Virus record (IMG/VR): IMGVR_UViG_3300014205_000209
Strand: one strand, 5' to 3'
Source of the DNA: a virus
Lineage: Duplodnaviria > Heunggongvirae > Uroviricota > Caudoviricetes
Length of the DNA stretch: 64,000 nucleotides
Shown here one piece after another: positions 20,045-30,230 of the stretch (the stretch's first letter is position 1; every line of letters begins with the position of its first letter). The notes below the pieces were generated by a model that was not told the DNA's origin, made no database searches, and worked only from the letters and a program-made list of their open reading frames with translations. Position numbers and translations under genes: made by a program.

Positions 20045-20911
20045 TCATTTTGTCTCCAATGGAAAAGTATCTAACTTATTATTAATATATCTACCTGAAC
20101 AAGATGCTTCATTACATTCAATTATTACTATACCTTTATTCGTATCAGCAATATCAATTACAATTGTCTTAGGCATATTAAATCCTTCTTTTTGCAAATT
20201 ATAAGCAAAATCTTGAATGTAAACTGGAATAGTATGTTCTTCATAATCTAAATAACGACTAATAGAACACAACTTTCCATTTATAAAATAACATCTAAAT
20301 TCTAACTTTCCAAGCCTATCAGTTTTTATTTCTAAAAATTCTGAAAACAAACATTCTCCACCACCACAAGATAAAGCAAAAATACTACCAGTTTCATAAG
20401 CTTCTTTTATAGAACCAGCAAAACTCCAATGCTTTTCTACAGACTTCATAAAAAATCTATTTTCACTATCAACTAATCCATTCACTATTTCAGTAAAATG
20501 ACTTTCTGCATATTCTACATTATATCTATTTATTTTTCTTCTTAAATACTTAATAGCAATCTGCATATACCATCTAGATATTATTTCGTAACTAACTTTT
20601 CCACCTGTAATACTTCTAATACGGTTTTTAACTTCAGATTTAAGAAATTTATGATAAAAAAGAATATCCATTCTAGGAAACATAATAACAGAATCTAAAT
20701 TTTCAAATGGTGTAAAATCTATATTCGTTATTTCAAAATTATCATTAATAAATGCACAATTACCTGTTTTAGAAAAATGTTCAATTTCTAAATAACGCTC
20801 TCTATACACACATAACAAATGATCTTCTTTATTTTCAGAAATCTTTGAATAATTACAATAATAATCAAACTGCTCAATAGATGAAATAGGATATAAATAA
20901 ACGATTTTCAT
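20045..20911 (-). CDS. hypothetical protein
   Basis: 288-aa ORF, last of a run of five tightly coupled small ORFs (18930–20911). Confidence 0.3.
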   Translation of the reverse strand: MKIVYLYPISSIEQFDYYCNYSKISENKEDHLLCVYRERYLEIEHFSKTGNCAFINDNFEITNIDFTPFENLDSVIMFPRMDILFYHKFLKSEVKNRIRSITGGKVSYEIISRWYMQIAIKYLRRKINRYNVEYAESHFTEIVNGLVDSENRFFMKSVEKHWSFAGSIKEAYETGSIFALSCGGGECLFSEFLEIKTDRLGKLEFRCYFINGKLCSISRYLDYEEHTIPVYIQDFAYNLQKEGFNMPKTIVIDIADTNKGIVIIECNEASCSGRYINNKLDTFPLETK

Positions 20912-20982
20912 TTAAATATAAATATCATTTATTATCAAACAAATAGCTAAATTTCTATAATTTTTATAACTTTAATAACTAT

Positions 20983-22050
20983 ATGACTAGATCATCAAAA
21001 CACATACTTAAATTTCAAACTGAAGCTAAATCTTTTTGGTTAGATAAACTATTCTTTGACTACAAAATAGATCTTCAGTTCTACATTGATCTACTTTGGA
21101 ACAAACAATTACCAACTAAAAGAAATCTATCATCAAAAATTCTTCCATCAAATTTAATAGTACATTCTCAATATAAACAATTACTTTATAAACATGCCTC
21201 TGAAATAATTAGATCAAACATTAAAAAGAAAAATACATCTAAACCTTTAATCAAAGATATTTCTATAAATATAGATAATAGACTTTTTGATGTACAAAAA
21301 GATTCTATACACTTTAATGAATTCATACATCTAAGACTTCCTTACTTTCATAATGCCAAAAAGAGATCTTTGTTTATAAGACTACCTATCAAATATCACA
21401 AACAAAGTCTAATATATACTTCTTGGAATAAATCAAATTCTATCAAACTAAAGAAAATAAACAATAATTATTATGTCATCTTTACCTATGAAAAAGAAAC
21501 TACAAAAATTAAAGAAAAAGGTAAGATAATAGGTATTGATCAAGGATATAAGAAGTTGTTAGTGACATCTGATAATCAAATGATAGGAAAAGATTTAGAG
21601 TTATTGTATACAAAGATAAGCCATAAAAGACAAGGAAGTAAAGCTTTTAAAAGAGCTTTAGTTGAAAGAGATAATAGAATTAATTTCGAGTTAAAGAAAT
21701 TAGATTTTAAAAATATAAAAGAGATAGTTATAGAGGATTTGAAAGGTATAAAAAGTTGTAAGAAGGTATTTAGAAAGGTATTTAGGAATAAGTATCAGAG
21801 ATGGGTTTATAGGAAAACTTTAAATAGATTACAAGGACTTAGTGAGGAGAACGGTGTTCTTTTAACTAAAGTTAATCCTGCTTATACAAGTCAGGAATGT
21901 AGTCAATGTGGTTTTATACATCGTGATAATAGAGTTGGTGTGAGGTTTTGTTGTATAGAATGTGGATATGAGTTAGATGCAGATTATAATGCTTCTATTA
22001 ATATTTTGCATAGAGGAGTTTATAATCCCTCTACCAAAGTGAATTTTTAA
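20983..22050 (+). mobile_element. tnpB: TnpB (IS200/IS605-family OrfB) RNA-guided nuclease-like protein, second copy
   Basis: RuvC-I IIGIDQGYKKLLVTSD, RuvC-II VIEDLKGIK, and C-terminal zinc finger CSQCGF...CIECG with NASINIL. On the plus strand. Shares the upstream motif AATAGCTAAATTTCTA with the first copy. Confidence 0.7.
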
Positions 22051-24549
22051 AATGTTAACAATTGATAACATTTTAATTATTATTATTAAGCTTTTTTTTC
22101 AAACTAGTATTTTCACAATCAATTTTTTCTATCAAATCTATCAATAAATCAATTGAATCATTTTGATCTGCTATATTAAGCAATTCAAATGTCAATTTCT
22201 CATTAGTAATTGTTGTTCGAATTTTTGAATACAATGGATCTTTTAATGTACTACGATTTTCGAATTTAATACATTGCTCAATAGGAGGTAAAATAGAAAT
22301 TTGTAAATTTGGCTCAACTACTATTTCAGCATTTTCGTTTTTAGAATATCCTGTCAAATAACATCCCTTAAACACAGATCCATTCTCACAAATAATATCT
22401 AAAGTATTATCAGCATTTTGTATTGTTGATTCTATTTTCGTTTTCATTTCTTATTATCCTTAACATTTACACAAAATACATTTCCACATTTAGGACAAGC
22501 ATATACTGAAATTTCACCATTATCTGAATTAGTTGTTATTGGTAATTTGAATGCTTTACTTGAACACTGACATTTTTGACATATTACATCTTCTGGCATA
22601 ATTTCTCCTATTTAATTTTTACATATATGGATCAAAATCATCATCATCTTCATTAAAATTTTGTTCAATTTCTGATACTTTTTGTTTCAATCTATCAATT
22701 GCTTTTGTTGTTTTAAATGATTCAATTGTTCCAATAACAGTATCTCCTAAACTTATAGTTATCAAATTAAAACCATTATTTGCAATATACGAAATTTTGT
22801 TATTCATTATTCAGGAAAACCATTTGGATAATGTTTTTTTACAAGTTTACCCATATTCAATAACACCTTATGTTCTTCCAACTGTTCTTTAGTCAATTTT
22901 GAATTTTTCATACGTTTAACACATTCAGCTAAATCATATAACAATACATCAGCTTCATCAACAGTCACATTAATATTCTTAGAATGTATTCTTATATCAA
23001 TTGAATTATCAGTCAAATTATGATAACATTGTATCATTATTTTTCCTAGAAAATGATGGTAATCTAAAATTACGATCTCGTTTAAGTTCACTAATCATAT
23101 ATTTTCTATATGATTGATAAATGGAATCTGCCCACAATTTTATTAAACGTTTATTAATTTTTATTTTTTTTACCATTTTTTAATGTCCTGATCTTCTAAA
23201 CTTAGCACTTAAACTAACATGCGGCTTACCATCAATAAAATCCCAAAATATATTCTCTATAGTACTACATGGACAATTAGGTTCTGTTCTTACAGAATCT
23301 CCTATTCTTGGAATAACTGAACTATTACCTAAAAATATCTTTTTATCTGAACCTTGCCAATATATAGGAATTTCATTCATACCATAACCTTTCAGTAGTT
23401 GGTTGTAATGATCTATCAACTATAAAAAGTGTATCTGTTATATTTTGAGTAGCAGAAGTTGGTAAAATAACATTAATAATCCTGTTTCCTCTAGCACCTT
23501 CTTTATTAGCTCTACATATAAGATATGTTAAATCATCACTATTCATAATCTACCCATAAATAAAGAATCTTCAACCGCTTGCAATTCTTGTAAACCTTTT
23601 TTATATGCTTTTCTTATAGCATAACATTTTCTTACTCTTAATTTCGTTGCTAATGAACGTTTTTTATATTTCTTACGCTTTTTCATTTCTTTTACTCAGT
23701 GGATAAAACACATTATTATCATCATCTACAATTTCAAATGATTGTGGAGTAAAAAACATATCTCCTGGATTTGTCATATAAATATCTAAAATTTCAATCC
23801 AATCATTTTCAGTCACTGCTTTTTGAACAGCTATTTTAGTATCTTTACCTCTAGCTAAAGCATCTGGAATTATTTCTTCTTCACAAAAAGCCTTAGCTAA
23901 CTCCATAGGATCTGTTCCAGTTAATACCACAGATACCTCATCATCCCAATTAACTTTTTTAACGTACCACATTATCTTTTCTTTCGTCTTTTTTAAAATC
24001 TTTATATAATTTATCAGCAGCTTTCAAACTGAACCCAGCAATACATTCTTTTTTTTCAATCTTATTTTTCAAACAAAATGAATATGGATGATAATATTGT
24101 AAAGAAACAAATTGAGTATGACTTTTAGAAAAAGAAACATGATGAAAATGTTTCTTTATAAACTTATAAAAAGACTCGTACCAAAAAATTCCTATACTAC
24201 ACACTTTTTTAATATCTATTTGTGTTTCAACTCTAACAATACGCTGCTGAGAATTATATGATTGTCTACTACTAACAGGATTTAATTCGAATAAAGGTCT
24301 TATATGACTATTCAACCCTAAAATTCTTTTATTCTCAAATTCACAAAAAAAATACTTTTTCATTAAATTTCTACTGGTTGATTCTTTTTCTTTTCAGCAA
24401 TCTCAGTAGATTTTTTATTCGTCTGTTGACGTTTTAAATATTCAGAATCTGATTGACGCCATTCTTTCTTAGAAGCAAATACAGCCTGTCCTGATTTTAC
24501 CATTCCCTCAGCAACAGAATCCTTCACTCTCTTAATCTCTGTACCAACT

Positions 24550-24900
24550 TTAACACACTTCATCGTTTCCTCCATGTTTTGTTTGTTGTAATTCTATTTT
24601 AACAATATCTAATACACAATCAATATAACTAATGTTAAAATTCATCATTTTTGCTGAATCTAACATTTTATTAACTACCTCTAATTTATTAGGAGATTCA
24701 AAATCAAAACTGTATGCAGGTATTTTATTTCTTTTTGATTTTTTTGAAAAAACTATATCATCTGGTATATTAGCACAAACTAACTCAAATTTAATATCTC
24801 TAACAGTAGTACAACAAAGACGTTGAAGCTCAACACATAATTCATTTAATACCACTAATGATTTAGGTGAAGTAAAATTATAACCGTTTGATGTGCTCAT
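24550..24900 (-). CDS. hypothetical protein. The track ORF 24550..25005 is trimmed here to the internal Met at 24900.
   Basis: The first 35 codons of the track ORF read through tRNA-Glu (peptide ...GFDPRPD...). The next ATG is at 24900. Confidence 0.35.
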   Translation of the reverse strand: MSTSNGYNFTSPKSLVVLNELCVELQRLCCTTVRDIKFELVCANIPDDIVFSKKSKRNKIPAYSFDFESPNKLEVVNKMLDSAKMMNFNISYIDCVLDIVKIELQQTKHGGNDEVC

Positions 24901-24928
24901 ATTTACATTATATATTTTAAAAGAAAAA

Positions 24929-25003
24929 TAGTCCGGACGGGGATCGAACCCGTAATCTTCGCCTTGAAAGGGCGATGTCCAAAACCAATTAGACGGCCGG
25001 ACC
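24929..25003 (-). tRNA. tRNA-Glu (anticodon TTC)
   Basis: Acceptor GGTCCGG/CCGGACT (G·U at 1–72), T-arm ACGGG-TTCGATC-CCCGT, anticodon stem TCGCC/GGCGA with loop CTTTCAA. Confidence 0.6.
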
Positions 25004-25020
25004 AAAATTATAAAAAGAAA

Positions 25021-25054
25021 CTAGAGCAATTAGTGAAATTACTAATTGCTCTAG
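25021..25054. repeat. perfect 14-bp inverted repeat with a 6-nt loop, lying between tRNA-Glu and tRNA-Lys
   Basis: ctagagcaattagt-gaaatt-actaattgctctag. Either a hairpin processing site or a terminator. Confidence 0.55.
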
Positions 25055-25060
25055 TAATTG

Positions 25061-25133
25061 TGCGTCCAGAAGGATTTGAACCTTCGGCCCTCTCCTTAAA
25101 AAGGAGATACTCTACCAGCTGAGTTATGGACGC
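25061..25133 (-). tRNA. tRNA-Lys (anticodon TTT)
   Basis: Acceptor GCGTCCA/TGGACGC, D-stem ACTC/GAGT, anticodon stem TCTCC/GGAGA with loop TTTTTAA, T-arm GAAGG-TTCAAAT-CCTTC. Confidence 0.7.
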
Positions 25134-25215
25134 ATATTTTAACTGAAGATACAATCTTCTGCCCACAATTTTAATTTCTTAAAATTTCGCTTGAATCAAC
25201 ATATCTTCAGATTTT

Positions 25216-25291
25216 TGGCTGGGGTGCAGGGACTTGAACCCCAATGACAAGATTCAAAATCTTGTATCCTAACCAATTGGATGACACCCCA
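25216..25291 (-). tRNA. tRNA-Gln (anticodon TTG), 3' CCA encoded
   Basis: Acceptor TGGGGTG/CACCCCA, anticodon stem CAAGA/TCTTG with loop TTTTGAA, T-arm TGGGG-TTCAAGT-CCCTG, followed by GCCA. Confidence 0.7.
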
Positions 25292-25319
25292 ATAATTTTC
25301 AAAGAACACTTATTTTAAA

Positions 25320-25419
25320 CGTATCCGGGAGGAATCGAACCTCCAACCTACGAATTCTTCAATATTCCCGCAGAAATATTGGAGAAATCCGTTGCTCTAT
25401 CCAGTTGAGCTACGGATAC
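25320..25419 (-). tRNA. tRNA-like gene (Arg TCT-like) with a 26-nt insertion in the anticodon arm
   Basis: Canonical acceptor GTATCCG/CGGATAC, D-arm GCTC-AACTGGATA-GAGC and T-arm GGAGG-TTCGATT-CCTCC. The anticodon region is 43 nt instead of 17 and contains a 9-bp hairpin CAATATTTC-TGCG-GGAATATTG with a UNCG-type tetraloop. TTTCT occurs twice. Confidence 0.4.
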
Positions 25420-26298
25420 ATATTTTTTAAAACAATTATTAACATAAAAATCTTTCATATATTTTTTTATCCATCTATTTATATATTGACTGGATAAATT
25501 TAATAAATTAGCAGTTTTTTCTACCCAACCAAATTTGGAAAAATCAATCTTACTGTTTTTAATTTTTTCAATTCTATTTTTTTGTTTTAATGATTCAAGT
25601 TCTCGTATATTCTGTAAACTTTCTTGCCATTTTTTTTGTTTAAATAATTTTATATTAATTTTCATTTTTCTATAATCAAAAATTTCAATAGTTTTTTTTT
25701 CTACTAATTTAGTATCATTATTTAAAGCTTGTTTAATAATTTTAAAACATTCATTTTCATGAAAACAAAGTAAATAAGGAATTTCTATAATTTTCCAACC
25801 TATCATTTTTAAATAGTTATGTCTATTTTGATAATATTCAAATAAATTTCCATTTTTATCATAATGTTGATTTCCATTAATTTCAAAACCTATTTTTTTA
25901 TTAATAATAGCAAAGTCTATTTCAAAATGTCTTTTTGTATCTGGTATATACCACTGAATTATCATATCATTTATTTTACATTTTTCTAAAATTAATTTAA
26001 AAAGTTTTTCCGGTTTTGATTCTTTTTTTCGATATATTGACCAATTATGTTTGTTTTTATTTTCATATAAAAATTTTTTTCTTTTTAATGATAAATTTTT
26101 TTTATAATCTTCAGTATATATAAATTTTATTTTACACTTTGCAGTACAAAATGTTTTTTTCTGTTCAATTTCTTTTCCGCAATTTTTACAATGTCTATTT
26201 AATTTATGTAATTTTTTAAAATCAACATAATTCATATTATGCTTTTTTATAACATGAAGATATGTTAATCTTATTCCTTCACAATCTGGACAATTCAT
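25348..26298 (-). mobile_element. homing-endonuclease-like protein: DUF559/Vsr-like PD-(D/E)xK nuclease domain plus a C-terminal FSKFGW module. The 3' end of the ORF probably over-extends into the tRNA-like gene.
   Basis: FEIDFAIINKKIGFEINGNQHYD (EIDGxxH-type endonuclease core), GWKIIEIPY, and C-terminal DFSKFGWVEKTANLL. Zinc ribbon CPDC...CKNCGK at the N-terminus. The last 24 codons or so are tRNA sequence (SVAQLDRA...). Confidence 0.55.
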
Positions 26299-26494
26299 TT
26301 TTCAACCTTACATACAAATTTAAATGCTGGTGCGCAAAGATCCTGCTAAAAACATGGTATTCGTTAATTACATCGTACCTTATTATCTTTAATTGTAAGC
26401 CATGACCTCACAAAGAATATTGATAATTTGCTACTAAATAATCAGTGCGTTCATGGATATATTTTTATATATCTTCCGCCTAACCAGCGCATTA

Positions 26495-26749
26495 TTATTT
26501 TCTCATCATTTTCTTGTACCATGATTTTTTCTTAAAATCTGAAAAACCTAACCAAGATTTTCCATCTTTACTCATAATCCAAGGATCAGAAATTTCTTTT
26601 ACTAAAGGTAGAAGATCATCTTCTACACCTAATAAAAGCTTTTGTTTAACAATTTTTCTCAAAGAACGATTTGCGAATCTTTTATCTTTCTTTTCACTAC
26701 TGGCTGAACCATTACCAGCAATAGGAGTTTTTCTTTTAGATCTACTCAT
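26495..26749 (-). CDS. small basic hypothetical protein
   Basis: 84 aa, Lys/Arg-rich. Conflicts with the overlapping plus-strand ORF 26514..26765, and which of the two is real is unresolved. Confidence 0.25.
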   Translation of the reverse strand: MSRSKRKTPIAGNGSASSEKKDKRFANRSLRKIVKQKLLLGVEDDLLPLVKEISDPWIMSKDGKSWLGFSDFKKKSWYKKMMRK

Positions 26750-27313
26750 ATGTAATCCTTTTTAAAGTATTACATAAATTTCTCCTTTTGTTCAATAATA
26801 CATTTCATAATTTAAATATCAATTAAAAAAATATAAATTGGCTAAACTGGATCTTCTTTATGCATTCTTTTTAAAGTTACATAAGCACCATGAATATGTG
26901 CTTTAACTTGTGCAATTTCTGAAATTGCTGTTACATCAACAATTCTGCTTTCTTTATCTCTTATATTTCTAGCAAATTCTTCAAGATCCTTTAATTCTTT
27001 AGCAAAATTCATTTTTATCTCCTATTTTTTTAATCTCAATATAATTACTTGAAAAAACCATGTGAATCAATATGTTCTTTGTTTTGTTCGTAAAATTCTA
27101 ATCTTTGCTTTTTGCGTTTTTCTTCGTTTTCTTTTATAACTTCAGACCAAGGTGTTCCATCCCTAGCTAAACTTTCACCTTTTTCATTATAATGAATTCC
27201 ACCACACCTTATAGGTTGTTCCATATGTAACACTAAATACTTTCTACAAACATCACAAGAAACAATTGTTTTTAATTTTTCAGTTTTTTCCATAAACTAA
27301 TTATATATTAAAT

Positions 27314-27386
27314 TATCTCTAGATGGAATCGAACCACCATCTTATCGTTCGTAGCGATAAATTTTAATCCGTTAAACTATAGAGAT
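27314..27386 (-). tRNA. tRNA-Arg (anticodon ACG)
   Basis: Acceptor ATCTCTA/TAGAGAT, anticodon stem TATCG/CGATA with loop CTACGAA, T-arm GGTGG-TTCGATT-CCATC. Confidence 0.6.
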
Positions 27387-27392
27387 GAGATT

Positions 27393-27477
27393 TCGAGTAG
27401 GAGGGATTTGAACCCCCGGTGTCTTTCGACTCCTGGTCCCAAACCAGGCGCAATTAACCTGACTATGCGACTACTCG
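27393..27477 (-). tRNA. tRNA with anticodon loop TTTGGGA (TGG, Pro-type) but a long class-II variable arm
   Basis: Acceptor CGAGTAG/CTACTCG, anticodon stem CCTGG/CCAGG, 14-nt variable arm with a GTC-GAAA-GAC hairpin, T-arm GGGGG-TTCAAAT-CCCTC. 85 nt. Confidence 0.45.
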
Positions 27478-27488
27478 TTATTTTTGTA

Positions 27489-27561
27489 CAGACCGGGAGG
27501 GATTTGAACCCCCAACCAATGGTTTTGGAGACCATCATTCTACCAATTGAACTACCGATCT
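27489..27561 (-). tRNA. tRNA-Trp (anticodon CCA)
   Basis: Acceptor AGATCGG/CCGGTCT (one G·U), D-stem GTTC/GAAT, anticodon stem ATGGT/ACCAT with loop CTCCAAA, T-arm GGGGG-TTCAAAT-CCCTC. Confidence 0.6.
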
Positions 27562-27574
27562 AAATTTTAAAATA

Positions 27575-27648
27575 CAGAGCTGACGAGATTTGAACTCGCA
27601 ACCTTTCGGGAGACAACCGAATACTCTAGCCAATTGAGCTACAGCTCT
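27575..27648 (-). tRNA. tRNA-Asp (anticodon GTC), unusual U37
   Basis: Acceptor AGAGCTG/CAGCTCT, D-arm GCTC...GAGT, anticodon stem TTCGG/CCGAA with loop TTGTCTC, T-arm GCGAG-TTCAAAT-CTCGT. Confidence 0.55.
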
Positions 27649-28586
27649 AAGAATTTTCGTTTTTTAAATGCTATTTGTAATATTTCAGGAAAATGTAATT
27701 TTAGTAATCTTTTAATGTGTGTATGTGAAATTTGTAATATTTCACTTATTTTAGATAACCATCCAAATTTAGAAAAATCAACATTTTTTATATTTAAAAA
27801 ATTATTTTTAAATGTTTCTATTTTTTGTTGTTTCTTTTTTAATAATTCTTCTTGCCATTCTTTTTGTCGTTGTGCATTTTTATTTTTTTGAAATTCTTTG
27901 TTTTCAATTACATCTTTACTAAAGCTGCAAATTTTAGGTTGAATTTCTATTAATTCTAAATATTTTTTGAACATATTATCAAATTCTAAAGATTTTAATT
28001 TGAAATATGGAATTCTATAAATTTTCCATCCTTGAGATATTAAAAATTTATCACGCTTTGAATCATATTTCAAACCTTTTTCTGTCCAATGAATTGAACT
28101 GTCAATTTCAACATTTAATTTAATATTTAAAAAGGCAAAATCAAGATAATAAGGGTATATACTAAATTCTCTAATTATATCATACTTTTCTGTTAAATTT
28201 AAACGTTCAATTAAATTTTTAAATAATTTTTCACCATAACTTATTGTTCCGCGTTTCCAAGCATTTTCGTAAGGATGAAGTTTTAAATATTGTTTTCTTT
28301 TTTTACTAAGATGTGCTTTTTGTTCATCAGTTAAATGAAAATTAATTTTTTTTCTACCTTCACTAATACTTTCACTTAATGATCTAAATTTTGATTGTTT
28401 AATTAATCTTTCCTTTGCATATACAGCATTAATTTTATATAGTTTATAAAGTTGATAAAATGATAATTTTTTTGAAATATATTCATTCATCGCTTCTTGT
28501 ATTTTATTTTCATCAAAAGAACAAAAATGCTGAAGTAAACTTTTATTTTTTTTAAATTTCCTTTTGCATTTTTCACATTGCAACAT
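27639..28586 (-). mobile_element. homing-endonuclease-like protein (DUF559/Vsr-like nuclease plus FSKFGW C-terminal module), paralog of 25348..26298
   Basis: YLDFAFLNIKLNVEIDSSIHW, GWKIYRIPY, and C-terminal DFSKFGWLSKISEIL. N-terminal CEKCKRKF zinc ribbon. Sits between tRNA-Asp and tRNA-Val. Confidence 0.55.
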
Positions 28587-28637
28587 TTGAACATCCTTCT
28601 ATAAAGACAAGCTAAATATTATACACTTTATAAAAGA

Positions 28638-28712
28638 AATAGAAATAAGTCCGAGATGAATTGAACACCTAATCTTTCGTATGTAAAACGAATGTTTTAC
28701 CAAAATTAAACT
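28638..28712 (-). tRNA. tRNA-Val (anticodon TAC)
   Basis: Acceptor AAGTCCG/CGGACTT, D-stem GTTT/AAAC, anticodon stem TTCGT/ACGAA with loop TTTACAT, T-arm AGGTG-TTCAATT-CATCT. Confidence 0.6.
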
Positions 28713-28774
28713 ACGGACTTGTAAAATATTGTACTACCTGAGATGTCAAAGAACTTTAAACTTTAAAATAAAAA

Positions 28775-28802
28775 AACCTCTTAATTTCTTAAGAGGTTTT
28801 AA
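28775..28802. terminator. rho-independent terminator, bidirectional, stronger on the minus strand
   Basis: Hairpin cctcttaa-ttt-cttaagagg flanked by a U-run on both strands. It lies downstream of the histone-like gene on the minus strand. Confidence 0.55.
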
Positions 28803-28949
28803 AAATTTCCAGTTTATTTTGTAAACTTAAATCAAATAAAACCCCTTAGATGTTTCCATCTTGGATCTCGTTGTTCGGGTTTTACTTGTTCAAATTTAGT
28901 TATCATGGTTTTAATATAACCTTTTTGTTAGAAAAAGTAAATACTTTTT

Positions 28950-29294
28950 TTAAGTATTTGTATTTCCTTCAGGTTGTACCTGTGCTGGAGCTTGTTCAGT
29001 AATTTCAGCAGCTTTCTTTTTTCTTGCTGCTTTTACAGCTTTATCAAGAATTTCTGTTTTTTCCTTTTTAGCTTTTTTGATGAGCTTTACAGGTTTCTTC
29101 ACAGTTTTTTCAGCTTTTTCAATTACTGGTTTTGTTTTCTTAGCTTTAGCAGCAGCTTTCTTTTCATCAGCAGCTTTTTTAGCTTCAGCTTTTTTTTCTG
29201 ACATTATAGCAAATGCCAGAGTTTTTTCTGTTCTTTTCTTAACTGCATCCAATTGTGCAATTATGTTCTTAAGAACTTTTTGAGTGTTTAACAT
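28950..29294 (-). CDS. Lys/Ala-rich histone H1-like DNA-binding protein
   Basis: AKKAADEKKAAAKAKKTKPV...KKAKKEKTEILDKAVKAARKKKAAE low-complexity KA repeats after a short structured N-terminus. Confidence 0.5.
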   Translation of the reverse strand: MLNTQKVLKNIIAQLDAVKKRTEKTLAFAIMSEKKAEAKKAADEKKAAAKAKKTKPVIEKAEKTVKKPVKLIKKAKKEKTEILDKAVKAARKKKAAEITEQAPAQVQPEGNTNT

Positions 29295-29323
29295 GTGGGA
29301 CCTCCTTAATTTGAGTTAATTTG

Positions 29324-29773
29324 TTATCTTGCAAAAGCAACTATATTTTTGAATTCAGTTGGCTTTTCAATTCTTTTGATATTTTGTGAATCTATTATTT
29401 CGAACCATATTTCTTCTTTATTAGAAACGTTTAAGCCGTGATCATTTAGTTCTATTTGTTCTATTAGAATATATTTGTAGCTATTTCCTTCTGCGAAGAA
29501 TTCAAAATCTATTTTTTTATTAGATACCCATTGGTATAGAGAATCTAGAGCTAGAGTTTTTGTTGACCAATAGCTATGTGTTTTTGGTGATTCATAACTT
29601 AATGTTTCAGGAACAGATACTACAGCATAAATATGTTCTTTGGGTATTTTTTTAGATTTAGATTTTTTAAGTGGTTTTTTTATTCTTTCACAATCTGGAC
29701 ATGCCATACCGTAGTGTGAATTTTTAATTATTATGCCGTCTTTACAATATTTTGATTTACAGTATTTCATCAA
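29324..29773 (-). CDS. hypothetical protein with N-terminal Cys cluster
   Basis: CKSKYCKDG...MACPDCER, then a 100-aa domain. Confidence 0.3.
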   Translation of the reverse strand: MMKYCKSKYCKDGIIIKNSHYGMACPDCERIKKPLKKSKSKKIPKEHIYAVVSVPETLSYESPKTHSYWSTKTLALDSLYQWVSNKKIDFEFFAEGNSYKYILIEQIELNDHGLNVSNKEEIWFEIIDSQNIKRIEKPTEFKNIVAFAR

Positions 29774-30230
29774 ATTAGATCCTTTGATTTTAAATCTATT
29801 ACAGCTTCAGTAGATATTTTTCCAGTGTGTATTTTTGCATATGATTCTTCGTAATCATTTATGATGCCGTGTTCAAATGTAATATCATGCATAAAATTTT
29901 TATCGTGTGTTTTTGAAATTTCTAGAATTTTCATATTCTTAATGATAATATATATTTTTTCAAATTAAAGTTGTTCTTTAAATTTAATTTTTTTTACTAA
30001 ATGTTGTGGGAGTGCAAAATTTGGTGTGACAGGTGATGCATCTGCCAGGCCTGAATCTCCTGAAATGAATGTAAAAATACAATCATCTGGAAATGTGCTT
30101 TGTATTCTTATTGCAGATAAAATAGCTATCATTGTTTGACCTTGTGGAAATGTCATCAGATATTTATGGCCCACAAATATTATATCATTTAGAGTTGTAA
30201 AATAAGTATCAGGTTCAGATAATGTAATTG

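Noticed and set aside
26300-26500. Relatively GC-rich 200-bp intergenic segment between an HE-like gene and a small basic ORF, considered as a possible ncRNA.
   Set aside because: No convincing conserved stem-loops or tRNA-like ends were found by eye. Kept only as a note.
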